Part shown: piece after piece, positions 1-8,084 of the stretch
How the letters are laid out: each line of letters starts with the position of its first letter
Position numbering within the stretch: position 1 is the stretch's first letter
Virus record (IMG/VR): IMGVR_UViG_3300012971_000034
Location: 1-40,240 of that record
Strand: one strand, 5' to 3'
Origin: a virus
Lineage: Duplodnaviria > Caudoviricetes
Length of the DNA stretch: 40,240 nt
Program-made: the position numbers and the translations under genes
The notes under the pieces: model-generated
What the model was told of the DNA's origin: nothing
The model's input: only the letters and a program-made list of their open reading frames with translations
Databases searched by the model: none

Positions 1-116
1 GTGGGAAACTTGAGTGTTTTCAATGCGGAGCTGATTTTCCGAAAAAACCGTGCTCGCCTTGATATTGTTGGTGTTTCCCAATTTTCATTTCCCAATCCAG
101 TGCACAGGTTCCCATA
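1..116. repeat. Putative integrase arm-type binding sites of the att region
   Basis: TTTCCCAAT at 74-82 and 88-96, variant GGTTCCCATA at 107-116, inverted GTGGGAAAC at 1-9, in AT-rich DNA just downstream of the integrase stop. Confidence 0.55.
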
Positions 117-146
117 ATAGTCCATATTTGTTCACAGTTGTCTTCG

Positions 147-1262
147 TCAGCTCGCTTTCCGTTCTGTCCCAGCGACAACTGCGAATTTCGAACGCCGCTC
201 GATCGCGTCGTTCCACTTCTCGACGGCTTCTTGGTTGGCGCGGCGCATGTTGGCGCCCTGCGCGTAATATTCGGCCATCTCGTCGGTGCGGTGCCCCGTG
301 ACCGACTTGATGCCAGCGACGCCGACGCCCAGTTCGGCCACGTCGCGCGCTGCCGACTTGCGCAGCCCATGCATAGTCAAGCCCTTGATGCCAGCCGCCT
401 TTAGGCCGCGGCGAATGGCATTCGAGAGCACGCCCGAATTGGCGTAAGGCGTGCCGAGTTCATTCACCAGAATGGTTTCAGCCGAACGCGGGGCCATGTG
501 CAGCGCATCGAGGAGAATTTGCGGGCACAGATGATAGTGTGGTTCGGCCTCGGCTTCACCATCAGTTTTCTCTGGACGCACAAGCAATCCGCGCCCATCG
601 AAATCCGACCAGCGCATTTTGATGCAGTCGCCGCCACGCTGAGCCGCAAAGTGTAGTAGCAACATGGCCACGCGAACGTTCTCAGGCACAACAGCTAGCA
701 CTGCCTGCTCGGCCTCGTGCGACCAGGCCCGATGCGCGCGCTTAACGGTGTAGCGGCGCTCGGCGTCGGTCGTCGGGTTCATCAGTTTCTTGACGCCGAA
801 ATCCTCGAACTTGCGCGCCACTTTCCAGATTTTGCTGTAGACCGTGAGCACGCGGTCAGCGACGGCCGCACGGTGCTTTGCAGTAACTTCCTCAGTGTAG
901 ATTTCCAGCCGGTCGCTATCGATGTCCTTCAATCGCATTGAGCCGAATGTCGCGCGCAAACCCTTGATCGCGTTGTTGTAGCCGCGCAACGTGTGCGGCT
1001 TCAGTTTGGCGAATTCGGGCGAGGCCTCATACTTGTCGATCGCCGCATTGACCGTGGTTTTGTAGGGGGCGGCAGCTTTGGCCTCGGGCTGCGCCGTCGG
1101 CTTCGGCTGTATGTTGCGCATGCACGCATCATACTCGGTGCGGAATTCCGGCGAGCCTTGATCAGTTGGCAGACTGATCAGCTTGCCGGTCGGGTCACGG
1201 AAGTAAAGATATCCTCGGCCTTTCACCGTTTTGGAGTAGAGATATTTAGATCGGTCGCTCAC
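147..1262 (-). CDS. int: Tyrosine recombinase / phage integrase
   Basis: Catalytic motifs AAQRGGD (R), PEKT (K), HGLRK (HxxR), TGH...AEYY (H, Y); N-terminal arm-binding-like GYLYFR segment; GTG start overlaps the xis stop (GTGA). Confidence 0.95.
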   Translation of the reverse strand: MSDRSKYLYSKTVKGRGYLYFRDPTGKLISLPTDQGSPEFRTEYDACMRNIQPKPTAQPEAKAAAPYKTTVNAAIDKYEASPEFAKLKPHTLRGYNNAIKGLRATFGSMRLKDIDSDRLEIYTEEVTAKHRAAVADRVLTVYSKIWKVARKFEDFGVKKLMNPTTDAERRYTVKRAHRAWSHEAEQAVLAVVPENVRVAMLLLHFAAQRGGDCIKMRWSDFDGRGLLVRPEKTDGEAEAEPHYHLCPQILLDALHMAPRSAETILVNELGTPYANSGVLSNAIRRGLKAAGIKGLTMHGLRKSAARDVAELGVGVAGIKSVTGHRTDEMAEYYAQGANMRRANQEAVEKWNDAIERRSKFAVVAGTERKAS

Positions 1263-1510
1263 TTTGGTCCTTTGTAGAATTTATCGAAAGTGTTGATGTC
1301 TTGGTCTTTCAGATCATCAACCGCTTCGTCGAGACTCAGCCTGTCCCAGGCGACGGCGCCATCCAAATTGATCGGCTGCGGCAGCTTCCCCGCAGACACC
1401 AGCTTGCGAAAGTGCGATCTGCTGATGCCGAGGTATTGAGCGGCCTGCTGATCACGCATCAACCGTTGACCGGGGTTTAGATTGGTCGTCGTAGTTTTGC
1501 GTTTCGGCAT
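1259..1510 (-). CDS. xis: Excisionase / AlpA-like HTH protein
   Basis: QQAAQYLGISRSHFRKLVSAGKLPQP is an AlpA/Xis HTH; coupled to int; ATG at 1510 has GAGGT SD (ORF-track start is 1522). Confidence 0.8.
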   Translation of the reverse strand: MPKRKTTTTNLNPGQRLMRDQQAAQYLGISRSHFRKLVSAGKLPQPINLDGAVAWDRLSLDEAVDDLKDQDINTFDKFYKGPK

Positions 1511-1531
1511 TGGAACCGTCACCTCATAATA

Positions 1532-1548
1532 TAGGGCATTATGCCCCT
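1532..1548. promoter_or_regulatory. 17-bp palindromic operator candidate upstream of xis-int
   Basis: TAGGGCAT-T-ATGCCCTA, perfect 8-bp arms with a 1-bp centre, next to TATTAT and the xis SD. Confidence 0.5.
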
Positions 1549-1975
1549 AATTTCCAGGGGGAATAACTCCATGTTTTTCAAGGGCTTCCACGGCCAGGTC
1601 GATGGTGTCCGCCACCTCGAAATCGGCCCCGAGGCGCAGCACGCGATTGCCGAAATAGCGCTGCTCGTTGCTGGCGGCTCGGCCTTTGGCCTTCAATTCC
1701 AGGCAGAGCACGCGTAGCCGCGGCGGGTGCTCGCCGATACGGTTGTAGAGGAACACCAGATCGGACACGCCCGGCAGCTCGCCCATCGCCTTGAGTTTTG
1801 CCGCCGCTCGCTTGTCGCGTAGCTCGCCGTTCGGCACATGGAAATAAACGGCATTCGGCAGCGCCATGTAACCGAGCCGCTGGATAAGTGCGATCTGTAT
1901 TTGCAGTTCACTCGGCTCGGGCTTTTTGACTTTCTGCCATCGCTTGGTGAAAAGATTTTTCTGCATCGAGTCCAT
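1547..1975 (-). CDS. VRR-NUC domain nuclease
   Basis: SELQIQ...FHVPNG...GVSDL...LELKAKG...EQ: the VRR-NUC PD-(D/E)xK pattern. Confidence 0.9.
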   Translation of the reverse strand: MDSMQKNLFTKRWQKVKKPEPSELQIQIALIQRLGYMALPNAVYFHVPNGELRDKRAAAKLKAMGELPGVSDLVFLYNRIGEHPPRLRVLCLELKAKGRAASNEQRYFGNRVLRLGADFEVADTIDLAVEALEKHGVIPPGN

Positions 1976-2609
1976 TGTCTTGGCCTCGGTCGCGATGCAG
2001 CCAACGAATGCTTACCGCATCGCTTGCCCATGTCGTTCTAATGTTATTGAACACCAGCCAAACGAAATCCTGCGAGCCGCCGCCTGGCTTGTTGCCGGCC
2101 TCGATCAAGCGCCCTGGTGGCATAGACGGCCGCGGCGTCAGCAGGTAGATTTTTTCCAGCGGCAGCTCGGTCAGCCAGTGCGCGGCGGGCAATCGGCGCA
2201 GTAGGCATAGCATCGCCACCTTGTAATACGCCACCTTGCAGGCCTGGCGGCAGAATTCCTCGACATGATCGAATGGCGGGTTACAGACGATCGAGGTAAT
2301 TTTCGCCCTGGTCGGGATCGGGCCGGTCAGGAAATCATGCATCCGATACCAGATCGGCCCGAGCTGTGTCCCCGGCCCGATCTTGACGCGATGCACGATA
2401 TCGGCGCCCATCACGCGAAAGCCGGCGTCACGCGCTGACTGTAGGCAGCGGCCCCACCCGCAAGCCGGATCGAGAATGATCGAGCCGCGCGGGCCGAAGA
2501 ATTCGACATCAAACAGCCGAGCGCTGCACCACAGTGGCTCGACATAGTGGCCGTGCTTTTCCTTGGCAAAAATATGCGCGCGCCTACGGCGCGCGCGCTG
2601 TGCTACCAT
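1908..2609 (-). CDS. Orphan SAM-dependent DNA (N6-adenine) methyltransferase
   Basis: Motif I ILDPACGWG followed by motif IV IVCNPPF. Confidence 0.85.
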   Translation of the reverse strand: MVAQRARRRRAHIFAKEKHGHYVEPLWCSARLFDVEFFGPRGSIILDPACGWGRCLQSARDAGFRVMGADIVHRVKIGPGTQLGPIWYRMHDFLTGPIPTRAKITSIVCNPPFDHVEEFCRQACKVAYYKVAMLCLLRRLPAAHWLTELPLEKIYLLTPRPSMPPGRLIEAGNKPGGGSQDFVWLVFNNIRTTWASDAVSIRWLHRDRGQDNGLDAEKSFHQAMAESQKARAE

Positions 2610-2708
2610 CGCGCTGCCTCTAGAGGGTTGGTGAAAGATTTGCTTGATCTACCCAGGGGCCAGACTAACCACGACGTTTCAATGACTGCAACAAGGAAGT
2701 GCCACCAA

Positions 2709-2945
2709 ATGCCAGCGACTCATTCCCACAAAATCATTGTAGATGGCGGTCCATCGCTCGGCGAGCGCATTCGTAAGTATCGCTTGCGAAAAAAACTTTC
2801 GATCAGACAAGTAGCTGACGCATGCGGGACAACGCCGCAAGCGGTATCGCAGTGGGAATACGACGCCGTGGTGCCACAACTCGGCAAGCTTCGAGTCATG
2901 GCTGACATGTTCGGCGTAAGTAGTAGAGCGCTGATCGGCTTTTAA
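2709..2945 (+). CDS. XRE/Cro-family HTH transcriptional regulator
   Basis: LGERIRKYRLRKKLSIRQVADACGTTPQAVSQWE; ATG 2709 preceded by AAGGAAG (alternative ATG 2682); no C-terminal peptidase domain. Confidence 0.88.
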   Translation: MPATHSHKIIVDGGPSLGERIRKYRLRKKLSIRQVADACGTTPQAVSQWEYDAVVPQLGKLRVMADMFGVSSRALIGF

Positions 2946-3018
2946 ATTTTTCCACTGAATACACAGGCGGCGCGCTATCGCGCCGTGTGAAAGTCATGCT
3001 TTCATCACTGGGAAAAAT
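2946..3018 (+). promoter_or_regulatory. Branched stem-loop between the XRE gene and the recombinase gene
   Basis: ATTTTTCCA.TGA / TCA.TGGGAAAAAT outer stem enclosing CGGCGCG-ctat-CGCGCCG and TGAAAG-tcatg-CTTTCA hairpins. Confidence 0.4.
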
Positions 3019-3050
3019 CCGATAACGTGACTTTGGGGCCGGGTCTGCCA

Positions 3051-4028
3051 ATGCGCGTCGAAAGAATTCCCTTCGATCCCGTCAGGGATCGCGAAAGCTG
3101 GCTCGCTATGCGTCGCGACAACGTCAATGCTTCAGAGGTTGCAACGGTTTGCGGCGAAGGCGCATTCGGTTCGCTCGCTCGATTATATTCCGAGAAAAAG
3201 GGACTGCAGCCGCCGCAAGTCGATACCAAGCTGCTGCGTCGAGGCCGACGGCTTGAGGGCGCGGTTTTCGACTCGATAAAAGACGAGCGGCCAGAATGGG
3301 ATGTGCGGCGCGCTGCGATTTATCTGCGCGCACCCGAGCTGCGCTTGGGCGCTACGCCCGACGGCTTCGCCATCATCCCCGGCCGCGCAATGGATCGCAT
3401 TGTCATCCAGGCCAAAGTCGTCAGCCGGACAATTTTTCGCAATCGCTGGCTCGATGATCCCGAAAACAGTGTCGAGAACGGCGCTGCAACGCCGCCGCCT
3501 TACTATGTGCTTCAGGTACTGGCCGAAATGCTGTTGTCGCAAGCCGCGTCGGGCATCCTGGCCGTGCTGGTGACATCGGAGTTCGATGCACCGCTGCGGA
3601 TGTTCGACATCGAACACGATCCAGTCGCCGAGGATCGCATCCTGGCGAACGTCGAGAAATTTTGGAGTACCTATTTCGATCCTGGCGTGATGCCGCCATT
3701 CGATCCGCAGCGCGACGAACGTTTGCTTAAGGCTCTCTTTCCAAAGGACAAAGGCACGACGATCGATCTGCGCGGCGACAATTGGGCACGCCAGCTGGTC
3801 GATGAATTGCGTATAGCTTCGGCGACGAAAAAGGCCGCGATCGAGACTGAGAGGCAAATTAAAACCGAGCTGCAAGCCAAGCTTGGCGACCACTCCTATG
3901 GTTTGCTGGCCGACGGTCGCCGCATCAGCTGGCGCGTGCAGCATCGTAGGGGCTACACCGTGGCCGCGACCGATCCTCGCGTGCTCAAAATTCTCAAGGC
4001 ACGGCCTGACGATGACGAAGAAGATTGA
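3051..4028 (+). CDS. YqaJ-like viral recombinase (lambda-exonuclease family)
   Basis: WLAMRR..VNASE, RGRRLE, LGATPDG, IQAK, YYVLQV motifs; ATG 3051 (GTG 3027 possible). Confidence 0.88.
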   Translation: MRVERIPFDPVRDRESWLAMRRDNVNASEVATVCGEGAFGSLARLYSEKKGLQPPQVDTKLLRRGRRLEGAVFDSIKDERPEWDVRRAAIYLRAPELRLGATPDGFAIIPGRAMDRIVIQAKVVSRTIFRNRWLDDPENSVENGAATPPPYYVLQVLAEMLLSQAASGILAVLVTSEFDAPLRMFDIEHDPVAEDRILANVEKFWSTYFDPGVMPPFDPQRDERLLKALFPKDKGTTIDLRGDNWARQLVDELRIASATKKAAIETERQIKTELQAKLGDHSYGLLADGRRISWRVQHRRGYTVAATDPRVLKILKARPDDDEED

Positions 4029-4272
4029 TAAGCGCTTGCTCTGCTCGTCGGTGGCGGAAAGCGAGCCGCATGTCCAAACGGAAATTGATAATTGCTGTGA
4101 ATGCGGGCGTGCAGTATGGCGCTCGCTGTCGTCGCCGGTAAAACCGCAAGCGATTTGCAATCAATGCTTTATGAAACATCGCAAGGCCGGCGATCATATG
4201 CCGATGCTGCCGCTGACTAAACGTCAGGTACGCGACATTCAAAAATGGCGAGATCGAGAACGAGGCAATTAA
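4012..4272 (+). CDS. Small zinc-ribbon protein
   Basis: CCECG and CNQC pairs; ATG overlaps the end of the YqaJ gene. Confidence 0.65.
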   Translation: MTKKIDKRLLCSSVAESEPHVQTEIDNCCECGRAVWRSLSSPVKPQAICNQCFMKHRKAGDHMPMLPLTKRQVRDIQKWRDRERGN

Positions 4273-4303
4273 GGGGAAGTCGGGAGAAAGCAAATGGGCT
4301 GGA

Positions 4304-4576
4304 ATGCTTGGAACACGGGGCTGGAAAAATAAAATCGAGAGGCTGCTAGCAAAATTCGAAAAGGAGGACGACTCTAGAACATCGGGACTCAGACTACGGA
4401 GTAAAACCGTGGCTTATTCCCTTTTGCTCATCATGATCCTGTTCTGCATCGCTGTCGGCTTCGGCCTGGCAAGCAACAATGTCAATGCATGGGGATTGGT
4501 CATCGTCACGGTCTTTGCGGTCATCGCGCTGCAGCTGAGCTACGTGGCCACTGTCATCATCGAACATTGGAAATAA
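4304..4576 (+). CDS. Small membrane protein, 2 TM helices
   Basis: Two hydrophobic stretches (VAYSLLLIMILFCIAVGFGLA; AWGLVIVTVFAVIALQLSYVATVII); fills the operon gap. Confidence 0.65.
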   Translation: MLGTRGWKNKIERLLAKFEKEDDSRTSGLRLRSKTVAYSLLLIMILFCIAVGFGLASNNVNAWGLVIVTVFAVIALQLSYVATVIIEHWK

Positions 4577-4591
4577 AAGGGAGGTCCAACA

Positions 4592-5869
4592 ATGTCTGAC
4601 ACCATCGACGATCGCGCCGAGCAAAGGCGCGCCCTGGAAGAATACGCCAACGCTTCGAGCCAGCCGCTGCAGCCGCAGCGACCGCCAGGCGGACGCTCGC
4701 TTGGCACTCAGCAGATGCCTTCAGATCTGATCGGCACGGGCGGGATCGCCGAGCGCATCATCGCGGGCCAGCAGCTGCCGCCGCGCAATTTGGAAAAAAT
4801 TCTGCGTGAGATTTCATTGATCGCCAAGTCGCGCGGCAATGATTACTACTATCGTTTCCCGGTCAAAGATCGGAGAGCTGGCACCACCGACTACATCGAG
4901 GGGCCGACGATCAAGCTGGCAAACGATGTCGCTCGCATCTACGGCAAGTTTTTGGTCGAGACGCGCGTGCAGGATCAAGGCGACAGCTGGATTTTTTATT
5001 CCCGCGCGTTCGACGTCGAGAGTTATTTTTTGATGGAGCGCGCATTCCAGCAACGCAAAAGTCAGACCTCGATCGATAGCAAGAGTTACGATCGGCAGCA
5101 GGACATCGCATTCCAGATCGGCCAGTCGAAATCGATCCGCAACGTCATCGTCAACGCGCTGCAATCGATTTGTGATTACGCGTTCGAGGAAGCTAAGGGC
5201 AGCCTGGTCGAGAAGATCGGCAAGGACCTGGCAAGCTGGCGCCAGCGCACCATCGAGGGCTTGCAGAATATGCCGCTCGATTTGCGCCGCGCCGAGCGCG
5301 CAGTTGGCCGCCCGGCTACTGCCTGGATCGCCTCGGACATCGCCACTCTGATCGCCATGATGCACACCGTAGCCGATGGCATGGCCACGACCGACGAGAC
5401 GTTCCCTAGTCTCGAACAGGCAGTACCAGCTGGCGCCACGGTCGAGGTTCACAGCGTTGGCGGCGGCGGGCCCGGATCGGGGGATAAGTCGGCCGAGGCC
5501 TCGACAATGCCGCAGCAAAATGTCAGCGCCGCGCCAACCGACTCGGAAACAGAAAGCGAACGGTTAAGCCAAAATTTGGACGAGGGAAAAGAACACGCAA
5601 CCAAAGTGCAGCCGACCGCTGCAAAAACGGGGACGAAAGTCGAACAGGCGCAGAACAAGACGTCACCAAAGAACTTTTCTGACTACCTCGACATGGTGAA
5701 TGCCACATGCCAAGCGACTTCCGACCCGGATACATTGCGTTCCTGGTTTGCCTCCGACGCACAGCGGCGTTTGCGGAATGGCATTGGGCTGGTCAGCGAG
5801 CAAACCAACGAGGCCCGCAAGATCGTCGAGGCCCGCGTCAGAGACATGCGGCGCGAGAACAACGAATGA
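4592..5869 (+). CDS. Putative single-strand annealing/recombination protein partnering YqaJ
   Basis: Strong SD GGGAGGT; conserved-looking N-domain (YRFP...IEGPTIKLA...GQSKSIRNVI), acidic low-complexity linker, small C-domain; position next to the exonuclease. Confidence 0.55.
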   Translation: MSDTIDDRAEQRRALEEYANASSQPLQPQRPPGGRSLGTQQMPSDLIGTGGIAERIIAGQQLPPRNLEKILREISLIAKSRGNDYYYRFPVKDRRAGTTDYIEGPTIKLANDVARIYGKFLVETRVQDQGDSWIFYSRAFDVESYFLMERAFQQRKSQTSIDSKSYDRQQDIAFQIGQSKSIRNVIVNALQSICDYAFEEAKGSLVEKIGKDLASWRQRTIEGLQNMPLDLRRAERAVGRPATAWIASDIATLIAMMHTVADGMATTDETFPSLEQAVPAGATVEVHSVGGGGPGSGDKSAEASTMPQQNVSAAPTDSETESERLSQNLDEGKEHATKVQPTAAKTGTKVEQAQNKTSPKNFSDYLDMVNATCQATSDPDTLRSWFASDAQRRLRNGIGLVSEQTNEARKIVEARVRDMRRENNE

Positions 5870-6114
5870 GCGCGCCCAGGATTGGCGACCTGAACAAGAC
5901 CGTGGTCGAGCGGCTCACGATCGCACTGCTCAAAGACATCCGCACCCACTATCTGCGCCGCCCAGCCAGTCGCGATCGTGTCTATGAAGTGCTCAAGGCT
6001 CTAGCAATCGCCACAGCTGCAACGCTGCATGAATGCGAGCCTGGCGTAACACGCGACTGGTTCGATGCGGCGCTGGACGACAAGCTTTCAGACTTAGCGA
6101 GAGCGCGACGATGA
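5866..6114 (+). CDS. Hypothetical phage protein (82 aa)
   Basis: ATGA overlaps at both ends; MSAPRIGDLN... Confidence 0.7.
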   Translation: MSAPRIGDLNKTVVERLTIALLKDIRTHYLRRPASRDRVYEVLKALAIATAATLHECEPGVTRDWFDAALDDKLSDLARARR

Positions 6115-6296
6115 CAAGACACAAGCGCCAACATCCGACCAATCCATTACCGGAGAGCAAAAAGCTGGCGCTGCAGATGGCCGAGCAGCGCGATGAATGG
6201 GCGAGCGAAGCCGAAAACCGCGATCAGCACGGCTCGGCCCGCGAATTTAGTCTGACGGCCGAGCTGCTGCGGTTCTATGCGGACAGGATCAAATGA
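6111..6296 (+). CDS. Hypothetical phage protein (61 aa)
   Basis: ATGA overlaps at both ends; MTRHKRQHP... Confidence 0.65.
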   Translation: MTRHKRQHPTNPLPESKKLALQMAEQRDEWASEAENRDQHGSAREFSLTAELLRFYADRIK

Positions 6297-6505
6297 ACAA
6301 GATGAAAGCTAATATTTTATGGGTTCACGAGATGGAGCTGATTGCCCATGCTCTGACGATGGCTGCGAGCCGTCATCGTTCAATGGAAAAAGCCGCGGCA
6401 TCGAAAAGATCGCGCCAACTGCACGCCGAGCTGGCGACGCGCATGGAGCTGCTGTGCTCGCAGCTGCTCGCGAACATCGATGATCCTTGGAGAACTGTGT
6501 CCTGA
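6293..6505 (+). CDS. Hypothetical phage protein (70 aa)
   Basis: ATGA coupling with upstream gene; AGGA SD. Confidence 0.65.
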   Translation: MNKMKANILWVHEMELIAHALTMAASRHRSMEKAAASKRSRQLHAELATRMELLCSQLLANIDDPWRTVS

Positions 6506-6786
6506 TGTTTTTTCTGATCTGCTTTCTGGCAATCACATTGATCGCCAGCCGCTGCTGGATCATCGGCCAGCTCGATCGCAAGCAGCGCTTGCAGCAGGCG
6601 GAAGAGAAGGTAATCGACTTGGTGATGCAGCGTTATGAGCGGATGGAAGAGGTTGCGCTGGAAATGATCGAAGTGTGTGCCGAGTCGAAAGCCGATCGTG
6701 ATGAACGTGTGAAGCTTTTCTATAAAGATAATCCGCCACCGATGCCGCGGGCGCAGGACCTCCGCAGAGTGCTGGTGGCGAGATGA
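6505..6786 (+). CDS. Hypothetical protein with N-terminal TM anchor and coiled coil
   Basis: TGATG overlap; MFFLICFLAITLIA hydrophobic N-terminus. Confidence 0.65.
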   Translation: MFFLICFLAITLIASRCWIIGQLDRKQRLQQAEEKVIDLVMQRYERMEEVALEMIEVCAESKADRDERVKLFYKDNPPPMPRAQDLRRVLVAR

Positions 6787-7028
6787 ACAGAAGAATGAAA
6801 GAGAAGCTGGACAAAGGCGATGCGCTCGATATCGCACCATTCGATGTTGGCGATGGGCATTATCATTTGCCTAACGGGTTCTTTGAGGAAGACGTCGATT
6901 ACTGCGACATGAAAAAGCAGCGCTGGATGTGGTCGATCGGGCGGCGCAAAAGCGACGGCCAGATCGTCGCCTCATTGTCCGGCGATCTGTATCAGAACAA
7001 AGACTATGAATGCATCTGGCTGAGATGA
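6783..7028 (+). CDS. Hypothetical phage protein (81 aa)
   Basis: ATGA overlap; aromatic-rich globular sequence ending YECIWLR. Confidence 0.75.
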   Translation: MNRRMKEKLDKGDALDIAPFDVGDGHYHLPNGFFEEDVDYCDMKKQRWMWSIGRRKSDGQIVASLSGDLYQNKDYECIWLR

Positions 7029-7055
7029 CGGACGCATCCGGCTGAGATGACGGAC
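7012..7055 (+). repeat. 22-bp tandem duplication
   Basis: GCATCTGGCTGAGATGACGGAC (7012-7033) and GCATCCGGCTGAGATGACGGAC (7034-7055), 1 mismatch. Confidence 0.95.
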
Positions 7056-7061
7056 GCTCAA

Positions 7062-7134
7062 CCCGCAGCGTGCCGTGTCGGCGAAAGCGGGACTTTGGCC
7101 TAGTAGGGCGAGGGCGTCCAAAGCACCCTCGCCC
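7062..7134 (+). ncRNA. Candidate structured cis-regulatory RNA (two hairpins, possible pseudoknot)
   Basis: CCCGC/GCGGG stem with inner GCCG/CGGC; GGGCGAGGG/CCCTCGCCC stem; loop CCAAAG (7118-7123) complements linker CTTTGG (7093-7098). Confidence 0.4.
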
Positions 7135-7171
7135 CAACGGCCTCAACCGTTGAAGCAAAGGAGAAATGACA

Positions 7172-7624
7172 ATGGCAAAACCGACAACGATCGAAGACGT
7201 GGAATTCGCCAACTTCTCAACCCGCTACAGCAACCTGAAAGACAAAGCCGAGCTGCTCGAACGGCGCGTAGCCGATCTGGAAAAGATGCTGGCCGTCGCC
7301 GAGTCACGAGCCGAGCGCGCCGAGGGGGAGAACGAAGCGTTGCAGGCACGATTTGATAGTGCCAACGCCAAGGCCGTCGAATATCGGACCACGATCAGCA
7401 ATATCGCTGCCTCGATCATTCCGGTGCTGAGAGGCGAGGCCGCGTTGTCGGGCGTGCCGAGCCGGAACGGGCCGAATATCGATGCGCCGCGTTTTCAGCT
7501 GCCGCGGATCGAGGACTCGATCGCCACCTCGATCACGTCCATCAGCGATAACATGCGCCAGCGACTACGGGATGCTACCAAGCCGCAAGATGAAACGCCG
7601 CCCGAGAGCGGCGGCGCCGCGTGA
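7172..7624 (+). CDS. Coiled-coil hypothetical protein
   Basis: AAGGAG SD 8 nt before ATG 7172 (track start 7166); heptad-rich LKDKAELLERRVADLEKML. Confidence 0.75.
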   Translation: MAKPTTIEDVEFANFSTRYSNLKDKAELLERRVADLEKMLAVAESRAERAEGENEALQARFDSANAKAVEYRTTISNIAASIIPVLRGEAALSGVPSRNGPNIDAPRFQLPRIEDSIATSITSISDNMRQRLRDATKPQDETPPESGGAA

Positions 7625-8082
7625 GCGGGCTGACGCCTGGTCAGATCGGGACCACGATCGCACTGGCAGCCGGCGCCGCGGTCCTGCTGACCATGATCCT
7701 GACGCCTGCCATCTTGCGGGGGCCTCACGATAAGGCCGATCGGCTAAAGCCGATTGCGCCAAGCCGAGCTAACCCGCCGATCATGCAGACGTGCTCGCCG
7801 CCAGACTGCCCACCTCCAGACAAAAACCAGGTGCGCTTGATCCCGATTGAGCGCCCGGCTGCTATCCAACTGGCCGAGCCGAAACCCGCGCCTGTGGCCA
7901 CGGCTGCCCCGGCGCAGGCCATCCAGGCGGCGCCCGAGGCGGCGCCGATCGCCGCCGAGGAACCGGAGCCGGCACGGCGGTATCAGCGTAACCCAGGAAG
8001 CGATATCTGTGCACGTACGGGCGGACGTAAGATCGAGACTCGCGGCGGCAAAAGCTGGCGCTGTCTGTATGCGAGACATTGA
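7621..8082 (+). CDS. Membrane-anchored Pro/Ala-rich protein with a C-terminal two-Cys mini-domain
   Basis: GTGA overlap; N-terminal TM; DICARTGGRKIETRGGKSWRC C-terminus. Confidence 0.7.
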   Translation: MSGLTPGQIGTTIALAAGAAVLLTMILTPAILRGPHDKADRLKPIAPSRANPPIMQTCSPPDCPPPDKNQVRLIPIERPAAIQLAEPKPAPVATAAPAQAIQAAPEAAPIAAEEPEPARRYQRNPGSDICARTGGRKIETRGGKSWRCLYARH

Positions 8083-8084
8083 TC

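Noticed and set aside
2576-2599. GC palindrome GCGCGCGCC-TAC-GGCGCGCGC
   Set aside because: Low-complexity sequence within the Arg/Ala codons of the MTase 5' end; no independent support
2946-3018. Hammerhead ribozyme (CTGA...GAAA in a three-stem junction)
   Set aside because: The core reads CUGAAUA, not CUGANGA; stem III would be only 2 bp and stem I does not follow the cleavage triplet
3183-4160. Long antisense ORFs (also 4814-5518, 17289-17969, 23076-23723, 29008-29790)
   Set aside because: Shadow frames of real genes in GC-rich DNA, with no motifs or SD
7012-7134. Hammerhead/twister ribozyme or CRISPR repeat
   Set aside because: CTGAGAT does not fit CUGANGA, the other twister elements could not be placed, and the two repeats have no spacer or cas genes
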